Source: Patescibacteria group bacterium (GTDB lineage: Bacteria; Patescibacteriota; WWE3; UBA101185; UBA10185). Taken from it: a DNA stretch of 64,000 nt. The translations under genes were made by a program, and so were the position numbers. A model generated the notes under the pieces. The model was not told the DNA's origin. It saw only the letters and a program-made list of their open reading frames with translations, and did not search any database. The stretch covers positions 388,023-452,022 of the forward strand of contig JBMORU010000001.1 of NCBI GenBank assembly GCA_049322215.1, in the 5' to 3' direction. Below are positions 28,185 through 37,425 of the stretch, piece after piece; positions within the stretch are counted from its first letter, which is position 1, and every line of letters begins with the position of its first letter.

Positions 28185-28556
28185 CTAAACTTGCACGGGC
28201 TGGAGATCGGTGACCCTGATTGCGGTGCGGCCGTTTGCAGAAATTTCCATTGTTGCTTTCGCATAGGCAAAGTCACGGCCATTCATCCATGCGGGTTCTT
28301 TGCTCGGGGTTTCTACCACAACGGGGGAAAGAGGCCCACCATCACCGCGTTTGCGTCGTTGCGTCCATGGAATGTGGATACCATAGTCACGCATGGGGCA
28401 TAAGCGCAGCACGATGGCTTCTTTGTCCTTTTGACGCGTCAGGGTTACAACACCCGTAACTCCTGCAAGCGCTGCTCCATGAGTCACACCAGCCTGGGTC
28501 AAAACTTCGTCCTTCATTTCACTTTTCTGCGAGCTGTGATCAGTAATTACTCTCAT
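28185..28556 (-). CDS. hypothetical protein, strongly G+C-anomalous (roughly 55% by eye versus about one-third background)
   Basis: Clean ORF with a composition unlike its flanks. Divergent from the MarR gene. No motif recognised. Confidence 0.5.
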   Translation of the reverse strand: MRVITDHSSQKSEMKDEVLTQAGVTHGAALAGVTGVVTLTRQKDKEAIVLRLCPMRDYGIHIPWTQRRKRGDGGPLSPVVVETPSKEPAWMNGRDFAYAKATMEISANGRTAIRVTDLQPVQV

Positions 28557-28722
28557 TTTTGTCTCCTTATCGGTTGTTTACTTCAAATCTTCGATCGAAT
28601 ATTTGCCGTCACTATAGTGGGAAGTATACTATACTTAGGGAAAATTATGCAACTAGGGTAAGTACAATAATAGTTATTGTGTGGTATGCTAAAAAAATGA
28701 TATTTATTACTTATCTGCCTAT

Positions 28723-29175
28723 ATGTCGGAGTATCCTGCAATTATAAAAAGCCTCAGACCTTATAACTTTTACTTATTACACGGTAATGCTCATAAATCG
28801 ATGCATAGAGAGCTTGAGTTTGTTTTATCAAAGTATGATTTAACTCCACCAGAATGGACATTACTTGGTCAGTTAGAAGAAATTGGACCATTAAGACTAA
28901 CAAAGCTTGCAGATTTACTAAATGTACGAATGCCCTTTGTAAGTAATTTAGTTGCTACATTGAAAGATAAAGGTTTAGTAGAAATAGTAGATTCAAATAC
29001 TGACAAACGCGTTAAAATTGCATCTCTTTCAGGGGAGTCACGTAGTAAATTGCCTGAGATTGAGGAAAATGTGCTTATGCATATGACTGATTTATTAAAT
29101 GGTGTTTCGTCTTTAGAACTAGCATCTTACGCTAAGGTATTAAAGCTTATTGCAGCAAACTATAGCGAAGATTAA
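28723..29175 (+). CDS. MarR-family transcriptional regulator
   Basis: Winged-helix pattern LTPPEWTLLGQLEEIGPLRLTKLADLL... Length 150 aa. Confidence 0.7.
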   Translation: MSEYPAIIKSLRPYNFYLLHGNAHKSMHRELEFVLSKYDLTPPEWTLLGQLEEIGPLRLTKLADLLNVRMPFVSNLVATLKDKGLVEIVDSNTDKRVKIASLSGESRSKLPEIEENVLMHMTDLLNGVSSLELASYAKVLKLIAANYSED

Positions 29176-29423
29176 TTTAGTAAATCGTTTAGGTTTAGGT
29201 CTTCTTCAGTTTCTGTGTCTATTTCGTAAACAAAGTCTTTTTTTATATCTACAAATTCGTTTTCTACTTCTTTAATTCTTTCTCTACATTGTTTTATTAA
29301 TTCTTTACCTAGTTTTAATTTTTTTAAACCCTCATCTAAGTCGATTTCTTCTTCTTGAAACCACTTATTTATTTCTTCTAAATCTTTTATAGCTTTCGTA
29401 AAATCAAATTTTTTTGCTGTCAT
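29172..29423 (-). CDS. xseB: exodeoxyribonuclease VII small subunit
   Basis: 83-aa helical protein (FTKAIKDLEEINKWFQEEEIDLDEGLKKLKLGKELIKQCRERI) immediately downstream of xseA. Confidence 0.75.
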   Translation of the reverse strand: MTAKKFDFTKAIKDLEEINKWFQEEEIDLDEGLKKLKLGKELIKQCRERIKEVENEFVDIKKDFVYEIDTETEEDLNLNDLLN

Positions 29424-29432
29424 AGTTTTGTT

Positions 29433-30761
29433 TTAATTTTGTACTTTTGAAATTATTTTTCCATTTGCTAATTCGGTATTTAGTATATCACCCTGTTTTA
29501 CTGATTTAGCATTTTTTAGTATTTTTCCGTTGGAATTGCGGGAAATGCTGTAACCCTGCTTTAGTTTAAGTTTAGGATCAGATACTTTTAGTAAGTTGCT
29601 GTGATTTTCTAGCTTTTTATTAATTTCTTTATACCATGTACCAATGCTCACACTTGTAATTGCCGAAAGGTTTTGTAAGTCTTTTTGAAATGAATGTTTC
29701 GCAAAGTTAAATGCGTATATATTTTGCATGTAGTCTTTTTCTAGTGTTTTAAATGTATTTAATACATGTTTAAAACTCATTATTTGTGAGCTAGCCAAGT
29801 TGTTTACACTAATTTTTATGCTATTTAGCTGTCGTTCAAACTGATTTGTGAGTTCTGTTTCTATTGTTTGTAAGTTGTCACATGTTGTTTTTAAAATTCT
29901 TTTAAATTCTCTTACTAGTGCTGTTTCTAACTGTTTTATTGTTGTGCTTAATTCAATCCAAGGTTCTGCCAATATTTTACCTGCATGTGTCGGAGTAGAA
30001 GCTCTTGCATCTGCAACTAAATCGGCTATTGTCACATCGTTTTCATGGCCTATCGCGGAAATCACAGGTATTTTTGATGCCGCAATTGCACGTGCCACCC
30101 CTTCACTATTAAATGCCTGTAAATTTTCTAAACTGCCTCCTCCTCGTGTTAGTACTAAAACATCTATCTTTTCGGGAAATTCGTTAAGGGTTCTAATGGC
30201 ATTTATTATGCTGTCTATTGATTGGTTACCTTCTACTCTTACGTCATGAAAAAGTATTTTGTATCCAAAATTTCCTAAATGAGTTTCAAAGTCTTTTTTT
30301 GCATCGCTTTTGTCCGCGGTTATTAGCCCTACTGTTTTAACATATTGTGGAATAGGTTTTTTACTTTCTATATCAAAGTATCCTTGTTTTTGAAGTTGTT
30401 CCTTTAATTTTTCAAAGGCCTTGCGTAATGCACCTTCTCCTACCGGGATTATGTTATCTGCTACAAAAGTAAATTTTCCGGTACGCACGTAAATGTTGGC
30501 ACTTCCAAAAATTTTTACTTCCATGCCTTCTTCAAGTTCTATACCTAAAGCACTAAACCGGCTTTTCCATATTAAACAACTAATGCTTGCATCATTTTTT
30601 GCATCAGTTAATGTAAAAAAAACTGTGTTGCCTCTATTTGTAAAAGAGCTTATTTCTCCCTGTATATTAAATTTATATTTTCCTATTACGTCGTTTAGTA
30701 ATTCTATAAATTCAGATACTGAGAGCAAGGGCTCTTTGAATCGGTTAGGTAGTTCACCCAT
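29433..30761 (-). CDS. xseA: exodeoxyribonuclease VII large subunit
   Basis: N-terminal OB fold (LSVSEFIELLNDVIG...IQGEISSF...VFFTLTD). 442 aa. Confidence 0.8.
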   Translation of the reverse strand: MGELPNRFKEPLLSVSEFIELLNDVIGKYKFNIQGEISSFTNRGNTVFFTLTDAKNDASISCLIWKSRFSALGIELEEGMEVKIFGSANIYVRTGKFTFVADNIIPVGEGALRKAFEKLKEQLQKQGYFDIESKKPIPQYVKTVGLITADKSDAKKDFETHLGNFGYKILFHDVRVEGNQSIDSIINAIRTLNEFPEKIDVLVLTRGGGSLENLQAFNSEGVARAIAASKIPVISAIGHENDVTIADLVADARASTPTHAGKILAEPWIELSTTIKQLETALVREFKRILKTTCDNLQTIETELTNQFERQLNSIKISVNNLASSQIMSFKHVLNTFKTLEKDYMQNIYAFNFAKHSFQKDLQNLSAITSVSIGTWYKEINKKLENHSNLLKVSDPKLKLKQGYSISRNSNGKILKNAKSVKQGDILNTELANGKIISKVQN

Positions 30762-30875
30762 AAAAACATTATAGCTTACGTTTGTTGTATAATATGCATG
30801 ATTGCTATTGTTTGCTGGTTACTGTAAAATGCCTTTTCGTGTTTAAGAGTAGGCATTCAAAAGGAGACAAAAAAA

Positions 30876-31279
30876 TGACTACAGCAGCATTGCACACTCA
30901 CACTTTGCGATTATTGATAAATTCTAAGCTTCATCGCTCTTGGGATTATGAGACTGCACCAAACGAAGAGCATTTGGACGTTGGTGCTGTGTTAGCGGTA
31001 ATGATTCCTGTGATTCGACGAAACCTCGAAGGTGAAAAAATAACTATTTCGTTGCAGGATTATTGTCCAACAGCACAAGAAGCAGATACCTCAAGGCGAT
31101 TTATTTTCCCTCCGTTTGCGTTAGAGCGTGTAGTTAAAATGGGAGGCTTAGAGCGGGTCGCAAAAGTTTTGTTATTTATGGTAGGGGCGAGCATGAAAGG
31201 CATTAGTTACTGGTTTAGTCAAGACAGCATTTTTGGACTATTTCTGGTACCTTTTGTTTTATTAGCTCGTTCTCGCTAA
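30876..31279 (+). CDS. hypothetical protein (moderately G+C-elevated)
   Basis: AAGGAG SD 8 nt before the ATG at 30876. The ORF track starts at 30782. Followed by a terminator. Confidence 0.5.
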
Positions 31280-31282
31280 TTT

Positions 31283-31327
31283 CTTTGCCAGAGGTCATTG
31301 TATTTTTGATTTCTGGCAAAGTTTTTT
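31283..31327 (+). terminator. rho-independent terminator (CTTTGCCAGA / TCTGGCAAAG, then T6)
   Basis: Seen directly. Confidence 0.6.
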
Positions 31328-31343
31328 AATCTCATACCTGTTA

Positions 31344-32264
31344 TTAAAACATTTTCTTATACATAAATAATAAAGTAAGTATTATTACGACCAATAAAGT
31401 AATTCCGCCAATCCAAGCGTATGCGAGTGCGTTGTTTTGCAAGGGTAAAGGTACATTCATTCCATAAAAGCTAGAAATAATAGTAGGTATAGTTAAAATA
31501 ACAGTTATAGAAGTTAGCCATTTCATTCTTGTGTTTAGGTTGTTACTTGTAATTGTCGTATAGGCCTCCCTGACGTTTGAAATATGCCTTATGCTTGATT
31601 TTGCAATTTCTATTAACTGACCATTACTTAAAGATAAATCTTCAGCTAAATCTTCATCTTCTTCATAAAGTTTAATTGCATTATCGTAAATAATTCTCTC
31701 AAATACTATGCTTGATGGAACAAGTGCTGCTAAAAATGCATTTAGTGTTCTCTCATATTCAACAAATTTTATAATATCTTTGTTTTCTATTTTTTCTAAT
31801 TTTGAGCTAAAGTTTGTAGCTTGTTTGTTTATTTTGTGAATGTACTTTTTATACTCCTGATTTACTAGTAATAGGGTACGCAGTAAAAATTTTGTTTTTT
31901 GGGTGGTATTAAACTCAACTTTGTTATTTAAAAAAAGTTGAAGTGGCGAGCTTTGATTATTGCAAACTGTTAAAACAAAAGAATCTGATATAGCAATCAT
32001 CAAAGGTGCTGTATATATTTTATCGTTTATTTCGTACACATGTCTTGTAAATATGTATATTATCCCATCTTCTTGCTCAAACCTTGGCACTTCATACTCA
32101 TCAGTTGCATCTCTAATAAGACCTTCTTCGAGGCCATACTTTTTTACAAGCTTCTCAATATCTTTTTCTGTAGGATTGCTAACATATAACCAACTACCCT
32201 TTTTAAATTGTTTGATTTCTTGCAATTCTATATTTCTAATGTTTTTGTAATAAATCTTAAACAT
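31344..32264 (-). CDS. corA: CorA-family magnesium transporter
   Basis: FYGMNVPLP (GMN motif) preceding the two C-terminal TM helices. Confidence 0.8.
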   Translation of the reverse strand: MFKIYYKNIRNIELQEIKQFKKGSWLYVSNPTEKDIEKLVKKYGLEEGLIRDATDEYEVPRFEQEDGIIYIFTRHVYEINDKIYTAPLMIAISDSFVLTVCNNQSSPLQLFLNNKVEFNTTQKTKFLLRTLLLVNQEYKKYIHKINKQATNFSSKLEKIENKDIIKFVEYERTLNAFLAALVPSSIVFERIIYDNAIKLYEEDEDLAEDLSLSNGQLIEIAKSSIRHISNVREAYTTITSNNLNTRMKWLTSITVILTIPTIISSFYGMNVPLPLQNNALAYAWIGGITLLVVIILTLLFMYKKMF

Positions 32265-32346
32265 CGTTTGAAAATTATATTAAACCTATAGAAAAAAAGC
32301 AAACTTTCACACATTTACACGTTTACATTTAGTAAAAAACTACTGT

Positions 32347-32402
32347 ATGATAAATACAACGGGTAGTTAACTTTTAAGATAAAATTGATAGGTTAACTAC
32401 CC
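32347..32402 (+). promoter_or_regulatory. putative attenuator in the ABC-F leader: 7-codon upstream ORF (MINTTGS, 32347-32370) whose last codons lie in the left arm of a perfect 11-bp hairpin (GGGTAGTTAAC 32361-32371 / GTTAACTACCC 32392-32402)
   Basis: Seen directly in the 220-bp leader between divergent corA and the ABC-F gene. Confidence 0.4.
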
Positions 32403-32485
32403 ACTTTGCGTTTTAGACCCTATAAATAACGAAAAAGCTTATTGCTAATTCGTAATATGCTCCTGTTTAGTGATAAAATCAGCCG

Positions 32486-33919
32486 GTGATAATAGGAAAA
32501 AACATATCAAAAACTTATATAGATTCTCCTATATTATCCAACATAGACTTTAAAATAGGTAACGGTATTAAGGTAGGTTTGGTTGGTAAGAATGGTTGTG
32601 GCAAAACTACTTTATTTAGGGTAATAAGTGGTATTGAGGCGTGCGATAGTGGTTCTATAGAGTATGAAAATGAAAAAATTGGTTACTTACCCCAGGAGTT
32701 TAACTTCCCCAATATTTTAGTGGGGGAATTTTTGAAGCAAAAATTAGATTTAACTTGGGAAATGTATAAAGTGGAAAAACTGGTTAGTCAGTTAGAATTT
32801 GTAAACTTTGATATATATCAAGAAATTTATACCTTAAGTGAAGGCCAAAAAATGAAACTAATGTTGCTCAACCTACTTTTAGATAACCCCACAACGCTGC
32901 TTATTGACGAACCAACTAATCATTTAGATATAGAAGGTATTTTGTGGTTTGAAAATTATATAAAAACCTTACAAAAGTCTGTTGTAATGATTTCCCACGA
33001 TAGACAGTTTTTAAATAGTACTGTTAATGAAATTTGGGAAATAGAGAACAGCCAACTTTTAAAGTTTGTAGGAGATTATGATGCGTATAAAGAAAGTAAG
33101 CTTAAGTTAGTAAATAAATGGAATGAAGAATATGTGCGATTTTTAAAAAGAAAAACCCAACTTGAAAACTTACTATCTAGATCGAGAGAAAAAAACATTA
33201 GTCGTAGTGGAAAAGGGGTCCAATCAGTTAAGAAACGTATTGAGCGTGAAATAACCTCTAAAAAGAAAGAAAAGTACGTAAGCAGCAAAATGAATAAAGT
33301 GACTTTTGCTACAGATGTGCGTTCTCAAAAGCTCATGCTTAGTTTTGAAGATGTTACAAAAAGCTACGGAAACAAGCTTGTTTTTGAGAATTTAAACTTT
33401 GAAGTACGTGGGCAAGATAGAGTTTGGCTTTATGGCTCAAACGGTGCGGGTAAAACAACGTTAGTTAAAATAATCATGGCGGAAGAAAAGCCGTCTTCAG
33501 GCCAAGTTACTATCGGAAACAATATTAAAATTGGTTATTTTGCTCAAAAGCAGACACATTTAGATTTTAAAACAAACGTGTTTGATTACTTTATGTCAGA
33601 AACCGGGTGTCCTTATGAAAAGACATTCGGTGCTTTAAAAAGATTTTTGTTTGATGAAACCGATATAAAAAAAAGGGTAGGGGATTTAAGCCCTGGTGAA
33701 AGAGCCCGATTTGCTTTTGCTATTTTCTCTTACAAAGATTATGATTTGCTAATATTAGATGAACCTACAAATCACCTGGATATAGAGACAAAAGAGGTTA
33801 TCGAGGAAAGTTTACTAGAATTTAAGGGTACGCTCATTTTAGTTTCTCACGACAGGTTTTTTGTTGAACGACTTAACATGGATAAAATGTTTAATCTTAA
33901 AGAAATGACTTTTTATTAG
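32486..33919 (+). CDS. ABC-F family ATPase (two ABC cassettes, no TM domain), GTG start
   Basis: Two Walker A motifs (GKNGCGKTT and GSNGAGKTT). Two signatures (LSEGQKMKL and LSPGERARF). Two Walker B motifs (LLIDEPTNHLD and LILDEPTNHLD). Charged interdomain linker. Confidence 0.75.
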   Translation: MIIGKNISKTYIDSPILSNIDFKIGNGIKVGLVGKNGCGKTTLFRVISGIEACDSGSIEYENEKIGYLPQEFNFPNILVGEFLKQKLDLTWEMYKVEKLVSQLEFVNFDIYQEIYTLSEGQKMKLMLLNLLLDNPTTLLIDEPTNHLDIEGILWFENYIKTLQKSVVMISHDRQFLNSTVNEIWEIENSQLLKFVGDYDAYKESKLKLVNKWNEEYVRFLKRKTQLENLLSRSREKNISRSGKGVQSVKKRIEREITSKKKEKYVSSKMNKVTFATDVRSQKLMLSFEDVTKSYGNKLVFENLNFEVRGQDRVWLYGSNGAGKTTLVKIIMAEEKPSSGQVTIGNNIKIGYFAQKQTHLDFKTNVFDYFMSETGCPYEKTFGALKRFLFDETDIKKRVGDLSPGERARFAFAIFSYKDYDLLILDEPTNHLDIETKEVIEESLLEFKGTLILVSHDRFFVERLNMDKMFNLKEMTFY

Positions 33920-33939
33920 GAATTAATTACACTTTCATT

Positions 33940-34494
33940 ATGCTACTGGACATAGGATTAAGTTTAATTTATGTAAAGGTTTTTGCTGAAATTTTTTCGG
34001 TGGAGCTTTCAGGACTCTATGTAGCTTTAAGCGTATTTTTTGGCTTACTTCCCGATATTGACACTCCCATAGAACTTTTACAGCGTGGTCGTATTGGAGG
34101 TAAGGTGCAGGGATTTCATAGAGAGTTAACACATTACCCTCTTTTATACATTCCACTCATTATTTTTGCTTACTTTTACTTTGGTATATTTTGGTTCAGT
34201 TTGTTAACTATAAATATTGTATCTCATTTTATTCACAATAGTGTGTGGACAGGTTGGGGTATAAAATGGTTAGCGCCCTTTTCTCAAATGCGCTATAAAT
34301 TTTTTGCAGATTCAAACGATGGAGAACCAAGCACCAATTTTGTTGCAAGGTGGACACCCCAAGAACTTGAAAAAGTATCCGCAGAATTTGGTAATGACAA
34401 CTGGTTTAAAGAGCAGTATTTAAGTTTGAGTCCCATATTACTAACAGACCTAGCGGTACTTCTTATTGGAATTGCTGTTTTACTACTTCTTTAA
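33940..34494 (+). CDS. integral membrane protein, possibly a membrane-bound metal-dependent hydrolase (DUF457-like)
   Basis: Multiple TM helices with conserved His (HRELTHYP, HFIHNS). Confidence 0.35.
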   Translation: MLLDIGLSLIYVKVFAEIFSVELSGLYVALSVFFGLLPDIDTPIELLQRGRIGGKVQGFHRELTHYPLLYIPLIIFAYFYFGIFWFSLLTINIVSHFIHNSVWTGWGIKWLAPFSQMRYKFFADSNDGEPSTNFVARWTPQELEKVSAEFGNDNWFKEQYLSLSPILLTDLAVLLIGIAVLLLL

Positions 34495-35356
34495 CAAATT
34501 CTAATTTATGTCTTGGTGCACAAATTTCTTCCAAGTTATTTAAATCTGCTGTAGTAACAGCATTGGTGTTAGATGCTGTAAAGTACATAATGGAATTCGG
34601 ATTTTTATTGTGTTCTACGCCTAAAGCATGCCCAAACTCGTGGGCGAGAACATGTATTAGTTCTTCTTTACTACCAAAAATGTATACATCTATCTCCATT
34701 CTATTGGGGTCAAAAATTCCGCCCTCGGGCTTAATTGCGAGCAGGTCATTAAAGGTGTCCACATTGCTGTTTAATTCATTTACTTGTGAGTTAAATGCGT
34801 CAGTTTTAGAATTGAGTTTTTGTGCATTGGCATTTACTTCGTGAACCTCATTTTTAATTTCCTCCTGCCTGTTTATTAAGTCTTCATATACATTTTCAGG
34901 AGCTCCTCCTTTATCATTCCATTCTTTTATTTCGTTGTTTAAAGCGACAAGCTTGTTATTTAGCTCTTCAACTTTTTTTTCGTGTTCTTGTGTTTGGCTA
35001 ATAATTTGCTCTCTGTCATTTACTAATGCTTGCTCAGTTGAGTCTATTGAAGTTACAAGTGATTGTCTTTCGTCATAAACTAAATTCACCTTTAGTTGCG
35101 CATTAATATCTTCTTTAATTAGTGTTTTAGCTAGCGCACTATTCCATATATCACTAGCTTCTTTAGTATTATTTCTAAATTCTTCTTTAGAAATATCAAA
35201 TTCCTTATCTATAACGCCCATTTTATATGTTATTGGTTCATCACAAACAGAATAGTAAGCATGGTTTTTATAAAATTGTTTAATTTGAGTGGGATACAAA
35301 AAATATCCAACGACAGTAACAGAAAGCATTGTTATAAGTAAAAGCAATCTTTTCAT
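34463..35356 (-). CDS. membrane-anchored zinc metalloprotease, metzincin (matrixin-like)
   Basis: HEFGHALGVEHN (HExxHxxGxxH), with Met-turn SIMY downstream. N-terminal TM anchor and a long coiled-coil. Confidence 0.65.
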   Translation of the reverse strand: MKRLLLLITMLSVTVVGYFLYPTQIKQFYKNHAYYSVCDEPITYKMGVIDKEFDISKEEFRNNTKEASDIWNSALAKTLIKEDINAQLKVNLVYDERQSLVTSIDSTEQALVNDREQIISQTQEHEKKVEELNNKLVALNNEIKEWNDKGGAPENVYEDLINRQEEIKNEVHEVNANAQKLNSKTDAFNSQVNELNSNVDTFNDLLAIKPEGGIFDPNRMEIDVYIFGSKEELIHVLAHEFGHALGVEHNKNPNSIMYFTASNTNAVTTADLNNLEEICAPRHKLEFVKEVVKQQFQ

Positions 35357-35456
35357 ACATTAAGATATTAACATATTTCGTTATTATGTCGCTTTACTTC
35401 TAAAAAGCTATGGGGTATAATCTGGCTCAAATCTTTACAATACAAAGGAGATAGCA

Positions 35457-35726
35457 ATGACATTTAAATGTTCTGTAATTCATAACACGCACAAAGCAAA
35501 TGGAGCGTTAAAGAAAAGAGAAACAGACGTTGTACTTATGCGCAAAGGCCAGAATGCTTTTTTAATTCGGCTCTTGGGTTCAGGAAATGGCAAAATTGAT
35601 CGGCAGTTGGCTCGGTTAAATGGGGTAACAAGAGTTGAAGAGGGAATGTTTACCACCTACGAGTTTAAAGGCGGTTTCAAAACACTTCAGCGCTCAATTC
35701 AACAGTTAGGCGGAAATTTTGGCTAA
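35457..35726 (+). CDS. hypothetical small protein
   Basis: AAAGGAG SD. Strong terminator downstream. Confidence 0.5.
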   Translation: MTFKCSVIHNTHKANGALKKRETDVVLMRKGQNAFLIRLLGSGNGKIDRQLARLNGVTRVEEGMFTTYEFKGGFKTLQRSIQQLGGNFG

Positions 35727-35734
35727 CACCTTTT

Positions 35735-35789
35735 AGCTACTGTGCAAATTTAACATTTACAATTTGTGCAGTAGCTCTATTTTTTTTTA
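35735..35789 (+). terminator. rho-independent terminator (16-bp perfect stem AGCTACTGTGCAAATT / AATTTGTGCAGTAGCT, then T9)
   Basis: Seen directly. Confidence 0.75.
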
Positions 35790-35856
35790 TACAAAGAAAA
35801 GACACCTTTCGGTGCCTTTTCTAGTAATTCTCCTGTCCTAGCGTTTATCTATCTTA

Positions 35857-36303
35857 TTAATGCATCCAGCCGCGCCCTTCACCCATGTGTTTTGGACCAC
35901 GTCCTAAATCTAAGTCTTGCAAGTCAATTCCTTCAGATTCAGCCCAAGTTCTTAGTGCATCATTTCCTTGTCTAAAGTTATTTTGCATTTCCCCTCTGGT
36001 AGCATGCATTTCTTCCATTTTTGCAAGAATTGTGCTTTTTTGTTCTTCGGTAAGTTTGCCTTCTTGTACAGCTGCGTTTAGTCTAGTTTCTAGTTCTTGT
36101 CTGCGTTCTGCATGCATGGTTTCGCGTTCCTCTTCCATAAAAGTTTGTACTTCATTAGCATCTAGACCGAATCTTTCAGTTAATCTTTGAACAAAAGGTG
36201 GTAGAGTCTCTGCTGTTTCTGCGGCTACTGTTTTTAATCCTGCAGAGCCTAGTAAACCAATTGAACTTAGTACTAGTATTGGTATAACAATTTTTTTATT
36301 CAT
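35857..36303 (-). CDS. periplasmic LTXXQ-motif stress protein (CpxP/Spy-like)
   Basis: GGAGGTG SD, 6-nt spacer, ATG. Signal peptide. LTEEQ (LTXXQ) motif. Located downstream of a two-component system. The ORF track starts at TTG 36318. Confidence 0.55.
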   Translation of the reverse strand: MNKKIVIPILVLSSIGLLGSAGLKTVAAETAETLPPFVQRLTERFGLDANEVQTFMEEERETMHAERRQELETRLNAAVQEGKLTEEQKSTILAKMEEMHATRGEMQNNFRQGNDALRTWAESEGIDLQDLDLGRGPKHMGEGRGWMH

Positions 36304-36369
36304 GTTATTCACCTCCAAAATGTTAATTAATTACTGGATATAATTTACTAAAGGTAGCTGAGAAACTGC

Positions 36370-37392
36370 TTAAATTTTTTGAGGTATTTCTATAGTGAAG
36401 GTGGTACCTTTGTTTAGTTCACTTGTTACGCTTATAGAACCTTTGTGTAATTTCACTATTTCGTTAGCAATGGCTAGTCCTAGACCAAACCCATGCTTTT
36501 TTCCAGAGTTTCTTGATTTATCTGCTCTATAAAATCTTTCAAATATATGTGGTAAGTCTTCTTTTGAAATTCCTATACCTTTGTCAGAGATCTCTATCTT
36601 TAAATTCCTTTTTTCTTTTGATGTTTTTACAGTAATTGAAGTATTTGGTTTACTGTACTTGACAGCATTGTCCACCACTATAGTGATTAACTGGAGTAAC
36701 CTGGTTTCATTTCCGTATAATTGTGTTTGGTTAATATGTTTGGTTAGGGTAATATTTTTTTCTTTAAGTTTTCCATTTAAGCTTTTTTCTATACTATCAA
36801 TTAGGTTTGTTATATCAAGTAGCTGAAAACTTTCCTTATTAAGTGCTTCTAACTGGCTTTCTTCTAGTAGCGTATTTGATAACAAAGTTAGTTTGTCAGT
36901 TTCCTCAACAACATTTTGTAAGGTTTCTTTTGCTTGTTTTATATTTAGGTTTTTGTCTCTTAGTGTTACTTCTACATCTGTTTTCATGGCGGTAAGAGGT
37001 GTTTTTAACTCGTGCGCTGCGTCAGAGGCAAATCTTTTTTGCTTAATAACAGTTTCTTCTATTGGTGCCAGTGTTTTTCCGGCTAAAAAGTAACCAATGC
37101 TACCAACAGATGCAACTATGATTATATTTATTGCGCTTAGTGTTATTAGTAATTTTTCACTAATGTCTTTTAGAGTCTGTTCTTTTATTTCTTTTTCTAA
37201 TTCCGGAGGTAACCTATTTGGACCATCTCTTAGCTGCCTTAACCTGCTTTGCATTCTAACTTCATGAAAATCTAATGCTCTATTTGTAGCACTCATAACA
37301 CCTGTATAAACGAACATACTAAAACCTAGTGTTATGCCTAGTATTGTTACCATATACCAAAGAGTTAATTTTAATCTTGCTTTTTTAAACAT
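36370..37392 (-). CDS. sensor histidine kinase
   Basis: Two TM helices. H-box [14 protein letters not shown]-lid G-box [13 protein letters not shown]. Confidence 0.8.
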   Translation of the reverse strand: MFKKARLKLTLWYMVTILGITLGFSMFVYTGVMSATNRALDFHEVRMQSRLRQLRDGPNRLPPELEKEIKEQTLKDISEKLLITLSAINIIIVASVGSIGYFLAGKTLAPIEETVIKQKRFASDAAHELKTPLTAMKTDVEVTLRDKNLNIKQAKETLQNVVEETDKLTLLSNTLLEESQLEALNKESFQLLDITNLIDSIEKSLNGKLKEKNITLTKHINQTQLYGNETRLLQLITIVVDNAVKYSKPNTSITVKTSKEKRNLKIEISDKGIGISKEDLPHIFERFYRADKSRNSGKKHGFGLGLAIANEIVKLHKGSISVTSELNKGTTFTIEIPQKI

Positions 37393-37425
37393 TAATTATT
37401 GCTTTCCCTTTTAAGAAAACACACT

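Noticed and set aside
28191-28459. Plus-strand ORFs (28191-28403, 28220-28459) overlapping the GC-rich minus-strand gene
   Set aside because: Shadow frames of a G+C-rich segment, where stop codons are depleted. The minus-strand frame is longer and has a coherent divergent context with marR.
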